IMG/VR virus record: IMGVR_UViG_3300005805_000205
Span: 1-38,866 of that record
Direction: 5' to 3' (one strand)
DNA from: a virus
Lineage: Duplodnaviria > Caudoviricetes
Length of the DNA stretch: 38,866 bases
Shown here piece after piece: positions 1-10,322 of the stretch. Each line of letters opens with the position of its first letter. The stretch's first letter is position 1. The position numbers were made by a program, and so were the translations under genes. Below the pieces are notes generated by a model. That model ran no database searches, was not told the DNA's origin, and was given only the letters and a program-made list of their open reading frames with translations.

Positions 1-369
1 TGTTCTAATCACTTTGGTACTTATAAAAAACATGGAGATTGGGTAGTACCAGTGTACCCTTCCAATTTAAGCATCGTTGGATCTATTCCTACTCCTTATA
101 TTTTTGACGATCGTTGCGATATCAGAGATGTTGCAAAAGCTATCGAAGAAGTTTATAACTTAGGACCAGAAGAAAGACAAAAAAGAGGCCTTAACGGTAG
201 AAAGTGGGTACAATCAGAAGAATCAATGATGAGTGCAAGTAAAATGTCAGAGAACGTTATAAATTGTATAGAAGAAACATTCAGCAAATTCAAACCAAGA
301 AAGTCTTTTGAATTAATTAAGATACAGAAATTACCAAGAAAAAAAATAACACACAAACTAATATATTAA
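1..369 (+). CDS. Glycosyltransferase (GT4-like), C-terminal part, 5'-truncated by window edge
   Basis: Frame is open from base 1 (CSNHFGTYKKHGDWVVPVYPSN...). C-terminus 'DVAKAIEEVY...ERQKRGLNGRKWV' resembles a GT-B C-terminal helix. Adjacent to another GT. Confidence 0.6.
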   Translation, partial: CSNHFGTYKKHGDWVVPVYPSNLSIVGSIPTPYIFDDRCDIRDVAKAIEEVYNLGPEERQKRGLNGRKWVQSEESMMSASKMSENVINCIEETFSKFKPRKSFELIKIQKLPRKKITHKLIY

Positions 370-370
370 T

Positions 371-1663
371 ATGAAGCAATATTGTGTAGTAAGCTGTCCA
401 ATAGATACTTACTCAGGTTACGGAGCAAGAGCTAGAGATTTTGTAAAAGCGTTGTACGAATCAAAAAAAGAAGAGTACGATATTGAAATCATATCTCAAA
501 GATGGGGAGTTACTCCATGGGGATATATAAAAGATCATGAACAGGAATGGGGATTTTTAGAACCTATGATCATGAAACAACAGATGACCAAACAGCCTGA
601 TGTATGGATTCAAATTACTGTACCTAACGAATTCCAACCAGTAGGTAAATTCAATATAGGAGTTACTGCTGGTATAGAAACTACATTGTGTCATGCAACT
701 TGGATAGACGGAATTAATAGAATGAATTTAACGTTAACTTCCTCAGAACATGCTAAAAATGTTTTCAAACAATCTACTTTTGAAGAAAAAAATGGTCAAG
801 GTCAAGTAATTAGACAGGTTAAATTAGAAAGACCAGTAGAGGTGTTATTCGAAGGAGTAGACTTAAACAAATACTTCTATATCGCTGATGAAGATTTAGA
901 CGGCACAGATTTAGTGCAATCGTTAGATGAGATCGAAGAGGATTTTTGTTATTTATTCGTTGGTCACTGGTTACAAGGAGATTTAGGAGAAGACAGAAAA
1001 AATGTCGGATTAATGATTAAGACTTTCTTAGAAACATTTAGAGATAAGAAGAGTCAACCTGCATTAGTTTTAAAAACATCTGGAGCTGGATCTTCAATTA
1101 TGGATAGAGACGAGATGCTTAAGAAGATTGATGCCATAAGAAATACAGTAACAGGAAAATTACCGAACATTTATCTATTACATGGAGAGATGGATGATAA
1201 AGACATCAATAACTTGTATAATCACGGTAAAATAAAAGCCATGATTAGTTTAACTAAAGGCGAAGGTTTTGGTAGACCACTATTAGAATTTACTTTGTCT
1301 AAAAAACCATTGATAGTAACCGCTTGGTCAGGTCACATTGACTACTTATTTATGGAAAATACTTGCATGGTAGGAGGAACACTAAGAGGAGTTCATCCAT
1401 CAGCGCAAGTAAAAGATATGATATTGGCTGAATCCGCATGGTTTAGTCCAGACGTAAAGCAAGCTGAGTTTTATTTAAAGGATATTTTTGAAAAGTATTC
1501 TAAGTATGAAGAGCGAGCAAAGAAACAAGCACATCAATCTAAAACTAAATTTAGCTTTGATGAAATGAAAAAAGCTTTAGAAGCGATATTGAATAAAATT
1601 CCTAAAAGTGTGGGATTAACATTACCTAAACTAAAGAAAATAGAAGTTAAAAATGACAAGTAA
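371..1663 (+). CDS. Glycosyltransferase family 4-like (GT-B fold)
   Basis: SGYG N-terminal loop, RKNVG, and KGEGFGRPLLE (EX7E-type) motif. Confidence 0.8.
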   Translation: MKQYCVVSCPIDTYSGYGARARDFVKALYESKKEEYDIEIISQRWGVTPWGYIKDHEQEWGFLEPMIMKQQMTKQPDVWIQITVPNEFQPVGKFNIGVTAGIETTLCHATWIDGINRMNLTLTSSEHAKNVFKQSTFEEKNGQGQVIRQVKLERPVEVLFEGVDLNKYFYIADEDLDGTDLVQSLDEIEEDFCYLFVGHWLQGDLGEDRKNVGLMIKTFLETFRDKKSQPALVLKTSGAGSSIMDRDEMLKKIDAIRNTVTGKLPNIYLLHGEMDDKDINNLYNHGKIKAMISLTKGEGFGRPLLEFTLSKKPLIVTAWSGHIDYLFMENTCMVGGTLRGVHPSAQVKDMILAESAWFSPDVKQAEFYLKDIFEKYSKYEERAKKQAHQSKTKFSFDEMKKALEAILNKIPKSVGLTLPKLKKIEVKNDK

Positions 1664-1868
1664 AGAATTTATAATCTGGTTAAGAGGATTCACTCAAGGC
1701 GTTCATGAATTTAATGTGACTCCTAAACAATGGGACTTGCTAAAAGAAAAATTAGCCGAAGTAAATGATGAATCGCGTAACACAATAGCGTACTATTCTA
1801 AAGATGGTAGACCTACTTGGTACACAACTACTAATTCAACTAACGATAAAGAATTATTAAATGACTGA
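1653..1868 (+). CDS. Hypothetical phage protein
   Basis: 71-aa ORF overlapping both neighbours; 'EFIIWLRGF...KQWDLLKEKL' is a pattern seen in small phage proteins. Confidence 0.6.
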   Translation: MTSKEFIIWLRGFTQGVHEFNVTPKQWDLLKEKLAEVNDESRNTIAYYSKDGRPTWYTTTNSTNDKELLND

Positions 1869-2307
1869 TCAATTAACAACATGCCCTAAATGTAAAGCGG
1901 AAGACGCATGCTATGTAACTCCAATTAATGAGTTTCATAATGCATATGCTTGCTTTAATTGTGGTTTTACAACTAGCGATTTAATGAGAGAAGGTGAATT
2001 TGATTTTGAACAATATGAAGAAGAGATGCCTGAACTTTATAAAGATTTAAAGTACACTGACGAAGACGCTCGTGTATGGTATCCTCAAGTAATTAACATA
2101 GAAGACAAAGGAACTGTATTCGCTAATGGAGGTTCTAAAGAAGATTGGCAATGGGCAGGAATTAAAACTATAGAATTAACAGAAGAAGAGAAAGAGCTTC
2201 CTAAATTTAAAGGAAAGACTCACAAATCCGATTCAGCTAGCTTACAAGGATTTGAAACAGATTTCTTTGGGGCATGTGATTATATAGGATTATTTGATAT
2301 AAAATAA
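1861..2307 (+). CDS. Zn-ribbon-containing hypothetical protein
   Basis: CPKC...CFNCG cysteine pairs at the N-terminus. Confidence 0.6.
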   Translation: MTDQLTTCPKCKAEDACYVTPINEFHNAYACFNCGFTTSDLMREGEFDFEQYEEEMPELYKDLKYTDEDARVWYPQVINIEDKGTVFANGGSKEDWQWAGIKTIELTEEEKELPKFKGKTHKSDSASLQGFETDFFGACDYIGLFDIK

Positions 2308-2312
2308 AGAAT

Positions 2313-2921
2313 ATGAAAATAAGTTACGCGATTACTGCACATAACGAGGCAGAAGAATTAAATAGGTTATTAAAACAACTTACTGAAGGTAAAGATTCTG
2401 GAGACGAAATATTGATCCAATTAGACGATAAGGCAACAGACAAAGTAAAATTCGTAGTAGACTCTTATCCAGTAAGATCTATTACATTTCCTCTTAATAA
2501 CGATTTTGCCTCATTTAAAAATAATCTAAAGCTTAATTGCACTGGAGACTACATCTTTTTTATAGATGCAGACGAATATCTATCTGAACATTTATTAAAA
2601 TTACTTAAGCAAGTATTAGAATCTAATTCTCAAGTAGATTGTTATGGAGTTCCAAGAGTTAACACAGTTAAAGGTTTAACAGAAGAGCACATAGCTAAAT
2701 GGGGATGGGTAGTTAAAGACAATAAAATAAATTGGCCTGACTATCAAACAAGAATCTGTAAGAACGTTCCTCACATAAAATGGGTTGGCAAAGTACACGA
2801 AAGATTGGAAGGTTGGCAAGTATCTTCAGTATTTCCAGCGGACTTTGAAGATTGGGCTTTGTACCATCCTAAAACAATAGAAAGACAAGAACAGCAAAAC
2901 AATTATTACAACACGTTATGA
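2313..2921 (+). CDS. Glycosyltransferase family 2
   Basis: ISYAITAHNE start, FFIDADE DxD motif, WPDYQTR, and VHE motif. Confidence 0.85.
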   Translation: MKISYAITAHNEAEELNRLLKQLTEGKDSGDEILIQLDDKATDKVKFVVDSYPVRSITFPLNNDFASFKNNLKLNCTGDYIFFIDADEYLSEHLLKLLKQVLESNSQVDCYGVPRVNTVKGLTEEHIAKWGWVVKDNKINWPDYQTRICKNVPHIKWVGKVHERLEGWQVSSVFPADFEDWALYHPKTIERQEQQNNYYNTL

Positions 2922-3901
2922 GCAAAGTAGCATTAATTACTGGTATTAACGGTCAAGACGGATCATACTTAGCAGAACTATTATTAAAAAAGGGATACGA
3001 AGTGCACGGTATTCTAAAAAGAAACTCTGTAGCAGAAAATCAAACCTCAAGAATTAAAGTCTACGATGAGATCAAAGATAATTTGACTTACGCAGATATG
3101 ACTGACTTAGCATCTTTAAACAGAGTGGTAGGCAAAGTACAACCAGACGAGATATACAATTTGGCTGCTCAATCACATGTAAGAATTTCTTTTGACCAAC
3201 CTATATACACTGCAAATACAGTGGGTATAGGAACTTTAAATTTATTAGAAGCTGCTTTAGCCACATGTAAGCACGCAAAAATATATCAAGCCTCTTCATC
3301 AGAAATGTTTGGAAATTCTATAGATAAAGATAGATTTCAAAGAGAGTCAACACCAATGAATCCAGTATCTCCTTATGGTTGCGCTAAAGTATTTGGATAT
3401 AATATTACTAGAAACTATAGAAACTCTTACGGCCTATTTGTATCTAACGGAATTCTATTTAATCATGAATCTCCTAGAAGAGGCACAAATTTCGTAACTA
3501 ATAAAGTAGTTAAAGAAGCAGTTAAAATTTATTATGGTCAATCAACAGAATTAAGACTGGGCAATTTAGATGCTACTAGAGATTGGGGACATGCTAAAGA
3601 TTATGTAGAAGCTATGTGGAGAATATTGCAATTGGAAGAACCAGACGATTTTGTTTGCGCTACTGGAGTTTCGCATTCTGTTAAAGAATTATGTGAGTAT
3701 GTGTTTAATAAATTAGATTTAAACTATGAAGACTATGTGAAGTTAGATATGAAGTTTTTAAGACCTGAAGAATTAACAGATTTAAAAGGAGATCCTAACA
3801 AATTAATGAAAGCTACAGGTTGGAAACCTACATATACATTTGAAACAATGCTCGATGAAATGATTGAGTATTGGAAACATGAACTAAATAAAGTATTCTA
3901 A
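2918..3901 (+). CDS. gmd: GDP-mannose 4,6-dehydratase
   Basis: ITGINGQDGSYLAE, LAAQSHV, YQASSSEMFG, SPYGCAK, FNHESPRRG and RDWGHAKDYV motifs. Confidence 0.97.
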   Translation: MSKVALITGINGQDGSYLAELLLKKGYEVHGILKRNSVAENQTSRIKVYDEIKDNLTYADMTDLASLNRVVGKVQPDEIYNLAAQSHVRISFDQPIYTANTVGIGTLNLLEAALATCKHAKIYQASSSEMFGNSIDKDRFQRESTPMNPVSPYGCAKVFGYNITRNYRNSYGLFVSNGILFNHESPRRGTNFVTNKVVKEAVKIYYGQSTELRLGNLDATRDWGHAKDYVEAMWRILQLEEPDDFVCATGVSHSVKELCEYVFNKLDLNYEDYVKLDMKFLRPEELTDLKGDPNKLMKATGWKPTYTFETMLDEMIEYWKHELNKVF

Positions 3902-4800
3902 TGACAAAGATAATTACCGGAGGAACGGGATTAATTGGATCTGCTTTCAGTGACGGAGTTAAATTAAGTTCTAAAAGAGATTTAAGAGACTACGATAAAG
4001 CTAAATTTGCAATAGCGATGTATAAACCTGATATAGTGGTGCATTGCGCAGCTAAAGTAGGTGGAGTTGGAGCTAATATGGAATTTCCAGCAGATTTTTT
4101 TATGGACAATATTAGAATGAATACTAACGTCATTCAAGCTTGTCACGAGTTAAAAATACCAAAGTTAGTTTCTTTTTTATCTACGTGTGTATTTCCTGAT
4201 AAAGTGGAATATCCATTGGACGAAAGTAAAATAGAATTAGGTCCTCCTCATCCATCTAACTTTGCTTACGCTTACGCTAAGAGAATGGCTGATGTACAGA
4301 TTAGAGCTTTTAATAAACAATATGGCACAAAGTATTTCTCAGTAATTCCATGTAATGTTTATGGTCCTAACGATAACTATAGCTTAGAAGTTGGTCATGT
4401 TATTCCAATGTTAATTCACAAGTGCTATCTCGCTAAGAAAAATAGAAAGACATTTGAAGTATGGGGTGATGGTACTCCACTTAGAGAATTCGTTTATTCA
4501 AAAGACGTAGCCAATATAGTTGATTTACTTATCCAGAAATACGAGGGGACTGATCCTGTGATCATATCCAACCCAACTGAGTATTCTATTAAGCAAGTAG
4601 TTGATCTGATTGTAGAGTACATGGGCTTCAAGGGGAAAGTAAAGTGGTTGACAAACAAACCAAACGGACAACACAGAAAACCATCGTCTAACGCCAAACT
4701 TTTAAGCATCATTGGAGACTACAAATTTACCACTTTAGAGAAAGGTTTAAAAGAATCAATAGAATGGTTTATATTAAACTATCCAAACGTTAGAAAGTAA
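3901..4800 (+). CDS. fcl: GDP-L-fucose synthase (GDP-4-keto-6-deoxymannose epimerase/reductase)
   Basis: GGTGLIG, AAKVGG, STCVFP, YAYAKR, N.YGP.DN, HVIPMLI and WGDGTPLREF motifs; directly after gmd. Confidence 0.93.
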   Translation: MTKIITGGTGLIGSAFSDGVKLSSKRDLRDYDKAKFAIAMYKPDIVVHCAAKVGGVGANMEFPADFFMDNIRMNTNVIQACHELKIPKLVSFLSTCVFPDKVEYPLDESKIELGPPHPSNFAYAYAKRMADVQIRAFNKQYGTKYFSVIPCNVYGPNDNYSLEVGHVIPMLIHKCYLAKKNRKTFEVWGDGTPLREFVYSKDVANIVDLLIQKYEGTDPVIISNPTEYSIKQVVDLIVEYMGFKGKVKWLTNKPNGQHRKPSSNAKLLSIIGDYKFTTLEKGLKESIEWFILNYPNVRK

Positions 4801-5471
4801 TGACAAGAGAATTAGTTATAGCCGCGTACGACAAATATCTAGATTGGTTAGATAGGCTAAATCCAGAAATTAAACAAACTGTATATAGAAAAGGAGACGG
4901 ACCTACTGAAAGAGATAACGAAATTAGAATAGAGCCTAACAAAGGAAGGTGTGTACATTCTTTCTTTAATCACATATACACAAACTACGATAACTTATCT
5001 GATATTACATTCTTTGTGCAAGATTGGCCCTTCGATCATTGGGAAGACGTAGTAGAAGTTGTTAATAATAGCACTGAAGAATCAAGATGCCAATTAAAAA
5101 TAGGAGGTTATTATGGATTTCATTTCAATACGATAACAGTTCCTTCTCCATTAGGCGGTACAATGTGGGCATTAAGTCCATCTAAACAACATGGAGAAGG
5201 AAGAGTATTAGTGTGTCAAAGTAATGGTGCTCCACAAGACAGCAATCCAGATATCGATGTAGACAGATATTGGAATAGATTTTTTAACCAAGCTCCTCCA
5301 TCAGAATATGAATTCATGCCAGGCGGACATTTCGGAATTACCAAAGAACACGCACAATTAAGATCTAAAGAGTTTTATAAACATGTAGCAGATTTCTTAT
5401 TTGAAGAACCAGTTGCTCCATGGATTATAGAAAGATTAGAATGTTATATATTCAACCCAAACATAAAATGA
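4800..5471 (+). CDS. DUF3431-like putative glycosyltransferase-associated protein
   Basis: ELVIAAY, PNKGR, HIYTNYDNL.D.TFF.Q..PFDH and ERL motifs. Confidence 0.7.
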   Translation: MTRELVIAAYDKYLDWLDRLNPEIKQTVYRKGDGPTERDNEIRIEPNKGRCVHSFFNHIYTNYDNLSDITFFVQDWPFDHWEDVVEVVNNSTEESRCQLKIGGYYGFHFNTITVPSPLGGTMWALSPSKQHGEGRVLVCQSNGAPQDSNPDIDVDRYWNRFFNQAPPSEYEFMPGGHFGITKEHAQLRSKEFYKHVADFLFEEPVAPWIIERLECYIFNPNIK

Positions 5472-6754
5472 TTAAATTAGAAAACATACAAGAATTAGTT
5501 GGTAACCACGTAGCGCCTTACATTTACAATGCAAAAAACTTTACGCCGGGTATTACACCAATTTATTACAGTGGTCCTTATTGGGATAACAAAGAAACAG
5601 AAGCCGCCATAGAAAGCTTCTTAAATGGTAAGTGGATTACTACTGGTGAAAAGGTTTACAAATTTGAGAACAGATTTAGTAAGCGATTTAATGTTAAGCA
5701 TTCTCACATGGTAAATTCAGGCAGTTCTGCAAATCTAATTCTTATTGCTGCGTTGAAAAGAAGATTTAATTGGGCAGACGATGATGAAATTCTTGTATCT
5801 CCAGTTGGATTTGCTACGACAGTATCTGTATTATACCAACACAGATTAAAACCAGTGTTTGTAGACATTGAATGGAATACACTCAACTTCGATCTAAAAA
5901 AATTAGAAGAGAAGATCACGGATAAAACAAAAGGCATTTTCATATCTCCAGTATTGGGTAATCCTCCAGATATGGATAAACTCGTAGAACTTGCAGAGAA
6001 ATACAATTTAAAACTAATAGGAGATAACTGCGATAGCTTAGGATCAAAATGGAATGGTAAGTACTTAAGCGAGTACTACGTAGCATTCTCAAATTCATTC
6101 TATCCAGCGCATCACATATCAACTGGAGAAGGCGGTATGGTATGTACTAACGATGATGAATTAAAGAAACTATTCGTTAGTCTTAGTTGGTGGGGTAGAG
6201 ACTGCTATTGCATTGGATCTGCTAACTTATTGCCTTGCGGTACATGTGGAAATAGATTCGATAAGTGGTTAGAGAATTATGATGGCGTTATAGATCACAA
6301 GTATGTATTTAGCGAAATGGGTTATAACTTAAAACCATTAGATTTACAAGGCGCAATTGGCTTAGAACAATTAGAAAAGTTGCCTATTATGGAAGCTAAG
6401 CGTAGAGTTGCACAAGCTAGATTAGAAAAGATCTTTACAGATAATATACCAAACTTAAGAGCTCCATCTAAACTAGAGCAAGCTGATCCTTGTTGGTTCG
6501 GCACTCCATTTATATGCGAAGAAGATGGATTGAAACATAGATTAGTGGCGTTCTTAGAAGCTAATAAAATACAAACAAGAAACTATTTTGCAGGTAATAT
6601 TTTAATGCATCCAGGATATGCATTCTTAGACGATTATAAGAATTATCCAGAAGCAAATAAAGTATTAGACAAAGTATTCTTTATCGGAGCCGCGCCTCAT
6701 TACACTGAACAAGTGTTTGAATATATTGAAGAAGTAGTAAAAAAGTTTAAATAA
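5468..6754 (+). CDS. rfbH: RfbH/DdhC (E1)-like PMP- and Fe-S-dependent NDP-4-keto-6-deoxyhexose 3-dehydrase (DegT/DnrJ family)
   Basis: VNSGSSANL, DNCDSLGS, SFYPAHHISTGEGG (His where aminotransferases have Lys), WGRDCYC...CGTC, DHKY and GYNLKP. Start moved to ATG 5468, which overlaps the upstream stop. Confidence 0.88.
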   Translation: MIKLENIQELVGNHVAPYIYNAKNFTPGITPIYYSGPYWDNKETEAAIESFLNGKWITTGEKVYKFENRFSKRFNVKHSHMVNSGSSANLILIAALKRRFNWADDDEILVSPVGFATTVSVLYQHRLKPVFVDIEWNTLNFDLKKLEEKITDKTKGIFISPVLGNPPDMDKLVELAEKYNLKLIGDNCDSLGSKWNGKYLSEYYVAFSNSFYPAHHISTGEGGMVCTNDDELKKLFVSLSWWGRDCYCIGSANLLPCGTCGNRFDKWLENYDGVIDHKYVFSEMGYNLKPLDLQGAIGLEQLEKLPIMEAKRRVAQARLEKIFTDNIPNLRAPSKLEQADPCWFGTPFICEEDGLKHRLVAFLEANKIQTRNYFAGNILMHPGYAFLDDYKNYPEANKVLDKVFFIGAAPHYTEQVFEYIEEVVKKFK

Positions 6755-7569
6755 TGATATCAGTATTCGGAGCGACAGGATTCATAGGATCTAAGTTCTA
6801 TAACAAATATAAAGAAGAGTGCGTTATTATACCAAGAGAAGAAGTAGTACCACAATCCAATAAGGTGTTGTATCTGATCAGCACGGTAGACAATTATAAC
6901 GTATTAGAAAATTCGTTCATTGATATAGAGACCAATCTTATTCATCTAATGAAAGTGTTGGATAATTGTAAAGGAAAAGACATTCATTTTACTTTTGTAA
7001 GTTCTTGGTTTGTTTACGGAGATACACATCTACCAGCCAGAGAATCTTCTCCTTGTAAACCTAAAGGATTTTATTCTATAACTAAATTGGCTGCAGAGCA
7101 ATTGATAGAATCTTATTGCAAAACTTTCAATATCAGATACAACATAGTAAGACTTGGAAATGTAATAGGCAAAGGAGATGGTAAAGCTTCAAAGAAAAAG
7201 AATGCATTACAGTTTCTTATTGACGAGATGAAAGCAGATAGAGACATTAACTTATATAATAACGGAGAATTCTATAGAGACTTCGTACATGTAGATGATG
7301 TGATAGATGGTCTTAAATTTGTTATTGATAAAGGCGAGACTAATGAAATATACAATTTAGGATCTGCAAGAAAGCCGACGCTATTTAAAGACATTATAGC
7401 TTTCGCTCATCATGAAATTGGATCTCATAGCAAAATAGGCAATATGGAACCATCAGACTTTCATAAGATAGTACAAGTTGAATCAATGTATTTAGATTCT
7501 AGTAAATTAGGTGCATTAGGATTTTTTCCTTCAAAAGGAGTTTACGAAGCCATTAAAGAATTAATATGA
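6754..7569 (+). CDS. NAD-dependent epimerase/dehydratase (possible 4-keto sugar reductase)
   Basis: GATGFIG, SS.FVYG, YSITK (YxxxK) and RDFVHVDD motifs. Confidence 0.85.
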   Translation: MISVFGATGFIGSKFYNKYKEECVIIPREEVVPQSNKVLYLISTVDNYNVLENSFIDIETNLIHLMKVLDNCKGKDIHFTFVSSWFVYGDTHLPARESSPCKPKGFYSITKLAAEQLIESYCKTFNIRYNIVRLGNVIGKGDGKASKKKNALQFLIDEMKADRDINLYNNGEFYRDFVHVDDVIDGLKFVIDKGETNEIYNLGSARKPTLFKDIIAFAHHEIGSHSKIGNMEPSDFHKIVQVESMYLDSSKLGALGFFPSKGVYEAIKELI

Positions 7570-8402
7570 TAACGTATAATAAAATAGGACACTTTGGAAG
7601 ATTAGGCAATCAGATGTTTCAATTTGCATCGACTGTTGGTATAGCTAGAAAAGCCAATCAATTATTTGCATTTCCAAAAGAAAATACAGAAGTACCCAGC
7701 GTTGAAGACTTTAAAGACGGAGTTAGACGAGAAGTTTATTTCGATCTACCAAAATACTTTCCAAATGTAGAAAGAACCTTGAGACCTTTAGAAGAGATAC
7801 AAACATATCACGTAGCTCAAGAACCTTACTTCCATTTTTGTCCCGATTTATTTAATGTACCAGATCAAACTAATTTAATGGGATACTTTCAAACGGAAAA
7901 GTATTTCGAACATTGTTCAGATTTAATATTAGGATATTTTCAATTTGATAAAGAGATTAAGAAACAAGCAGAAAATAATTTTCCACATTTTCCCAGTAAA
8001 ATAGAATATGTATCGATACATTTAAGAAGAGGAGATTATGCGGGACTTCAACAATTCCATCCAGTAATGGATGCAGATTATTACTTTGATGCTATGACTC
8101 AATTTATGGATGGAGATTATTGTTTTTTAATATTCTCCGACGATATAAAATATGCAAAAGAATTATTTGGAGAGCAGGAGAATATCGTATATGTAGAAGG
8201 GAATGATCCAGCGGTTGATATGTGTATGATGACGATGTGCGATCATAACGTAATAGCGAATAGTAGCTTTAGCTGGTGGGGAGCATGGTTAAACGATAAC
8301 GTATATAAAAAAGTTGTGGCTCCAAAAAGATGGTTCGGACCTGCGTACAAGCATGTTCACAATACAAAAGATTTATACCCTGAATCATGGATAGTAAAGT
8401 AA
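7566..8402 (+). CDS. Glycosyltransferase family 11 (alpha-1,2-fucosyltransferase-like)
   Basis: GRLGNQMFQ, GYFQ, SIHLRRGDY, FSDD and NSSFSWWGAWL motifs. Confidence 0.93.
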   Translation: MITYNKIGHFGRLGNQMFQFASTVGIARKANQLFAFPKENTEVPSVEDFKDGVRREVYFDLPKYFPNVERTLRPLEEIQTYHVAQEPYFHFCPDLFNVPDQTNLMGYFQTEKYFEHCSDLILGYFQFDKEIKKQAENNFPHFPSKIEYVSIHLRRGDYAGLQQFHPVMDADYYFDAMTQFMDGDYCFLIFSDDIKYAKELFGEQENIVYVEGNDPAVDMCMMTMCDHNVIANSSFSWWGAWLNDNVYKKVVAPKRWFGPAYKHVHNTKDLYPESWIVK

Positions 8403-9103
8403 AACCTTTCTTCAGCGTTGCTATACCTACGTGGGAAATTAATGGCAAAGGGGTAGAGTATTTAGAACACTCATTTAACATAATAGCGCAGCAGAGCTTT
8501 ACAGATTACGAAGTAGTCATATCAGATCATAGCGAAGATAACGATATAGAGAGATTATGTAATTCTTGGAGTTCAATGATGAATATTAAGTACATAAAAA
8601 ACTCCTATGGTCGAGGTAGAATAGCTCCTAATATCAACAATGCAATAAAACATTCTAATGGAGTATTCATTAAAATGTTATTTCAAGACGATTTTTTATA
8701 CGATATAGATTCTCTTCAAATCATATTCGACAGTATAGCTGAGAATCAAGATAAGGATTGGTTTATCACCTCTTGTGTACATACTGACGATTGTATTATG
8801 ATGTATGATAGAATGACTCCATACTACCATGATCGTATATATGCTGGAATTAATACTATAAGTTGTCCCACTGTATTAACAGTAAGAAATGATGATGAGC
8901 TGCCTTTATTTGATGAATCATTGAACTGGTTAGTTGATGTAGAATACTATAAAAGATTATACGACGCTTACGGAAATCCAGTCGTGGTAGACATTATATG
9001 CGCAGTGAATAGAAACTCAGAAGTTAGAGCTACCAACATTATCACTGAAAAACAAAAGCAAGAAGAAATTCAAAGAGTAATAAGAAAGTATGAAACTAAA
9101 TAA
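8387..9103 (+). CDS. Glycosyltransferase family 2
   Basis: FSVAIPTW, EVVISD, LFQDD and FDESL.W.VD motifs. Confidence 0.85.
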   Translation: MDSKVKPFFSVAIPTWEINGKGVEYLEHSFNIIAQQSFTDYEVVISDHSEDNDIERLCNSWSSMMNIKYIKNSYGRGRIAPNINNAIKHSNGVFIKMLFQDDFLYDIDSLQIIFDSIAENQDKDWFITSCVHTDDCIMMYDRMTPYYHDRIYAGINTISCPTVLTVRNDDELPLFDESLNWLVDVEYYKRLYDAYGNPVVVDIICAVNRNSEVRATNIITEKQKQEEIQRVIRKYETK

Positions 9104-9746
9104 CGTAACCATTGCTGCTGTAGCAGGTACTAAAGCACAAGAAACTCTTAAAGCTATTAAGTATAGTATGAGAGAATTAGAGTTTGACCGTGCGATCCTA
9201 ATTACTCCTGACGATATACAAGATGATCAAGTAGAGATTATTAAATGCGAACCATTAAACTATGAACAATATAACCACTTTATAGTTTATAGACTACACG
9301 AATATATTAACACAACACATTGCTTATTGGTGCAAAATGACGGGTATGTGGTGAATCCAGACAAATGGCAAGACGAGTGGATGCAATACGATTATATAGG
9401 AGCTTTATGGCCACTACCTCAAGACGACTTTTCTTTTAGAGATTCACAAGGTAACATACAAAGAATGGGAAATGGGGGCTTCACACTAAGAAGTAAAAAA
9501 TTATTATGTGTGGCAAAAGATTTAGATTTAGAATGGAAATCTTACTATGGATTCTATCACGAAGATGGATTCTTTTGTTGTCATCATAGAAAAACTTACG
9601 AATCGGCAGGTTGTAGGTTTGCTCCAATAGAAGTGGCTGCTGAATTCAGTCACGAAACTATGGTAGCAGAAAATTACGGAAACATACCATTCGGCTTTCA
9701 TGGAAGAAACAATTATTATTATCAAGTAACACAAAAAAGTTTATAA
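9090..9746 (+). CDS. DUF5672-like putative glycosyltransferase
   Basis: LLVQNDG, YDYIGA.W, GNGGFTLRS, ED.FF, FS.E and PFGFH motifs. Confidence 0.8.
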   Translation: MKLNNVTIAAVAGTKAQETLKAIKYSMRELEFDRAILITPDDIQDDQVEIIKCEPLNYEQYNHFIVYRLHEYINTTHCLLVQNDGYVVNPDKWQDEWMQYDYIGALWPLPQDDFSFRDSQGNIQRMGNGGFTLRSKKLLCVAKDLDLEWKSYYGFYHEDGFFCCHHRKTYESAGCRFAPIEVAAEFSHETMVAENYGNIPFGFHGRNNYYYQVTQKSL

Positions 9747-10321
9747 TGAACGATCAACAAAGATTAGAACAGCTGTTTAATACTCCACGTATGGGTCATG
9801 CAGCGTTAGAGCCTCATAATAGTGTAAGAGGTTTGTATGAATTAATACAACACTATTTTAAACCAGAATTTGTAATGGCAGAGATTGGATCTTTTCAAGG
9901 AGTTTCAACTATGCTGTTTGCAATGCATGTTCAAAAAGTATATAGCATTGATTGTTATGATTATGTAGTACCTGAAAGTGGTAGAATTCCATCTCACGAT
10001 CAATTATTTGTTGATGCTGAGAAATTGTTTTTAGAGCGTACAGCTGATATTAAGAATATTATTAAAGTAAGAAAGTCTAGTGTAGAAGCAGCTAAAGAAT
10101 TTGAAGACAGATCTTTAGATGCCGTATATGTAGATGCTGAACACGATCCTATCAGTGTTAGATCTGATATAAATGCGTGGAGAAATAAAATTAAAGTAGG
10201 TGGTATTTTGTGTGGCCATGATTTTTATTTACCACATATCTACACAATATTATTAGAAGAAGGATTAGTTAACGAATTATACACATATCCAGACAGTTCA
10301 TGGTCTGTAATAATTAAATAG
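9746..10321 (+). CDS. Class I SAM-dependent methyltransferase (Methyltransf_24-like)
   Basis: EIGSFQGVS, D.VYVDAEH and GGILCGHD motifs. Confidence 0.88.
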   Translation: MNDQQRLEQLFNTPRMGHAALEPHNSVRGLYELIQHYFKPEFVMAEIGSFQGVSTMLFAMHVQKVYSIDCYDYVVPESGRIPSHDQLFVDAEKLFLERTADIKNIIKVRKSSVEAAKEFEDRSLDAVYVDAEHDPISVRSDINAWRNKIKVGGILCGHDFYLPHIYTILLEEGLVNELYTYPDSSWSVIIK

Positions 10322-10322
10322 T

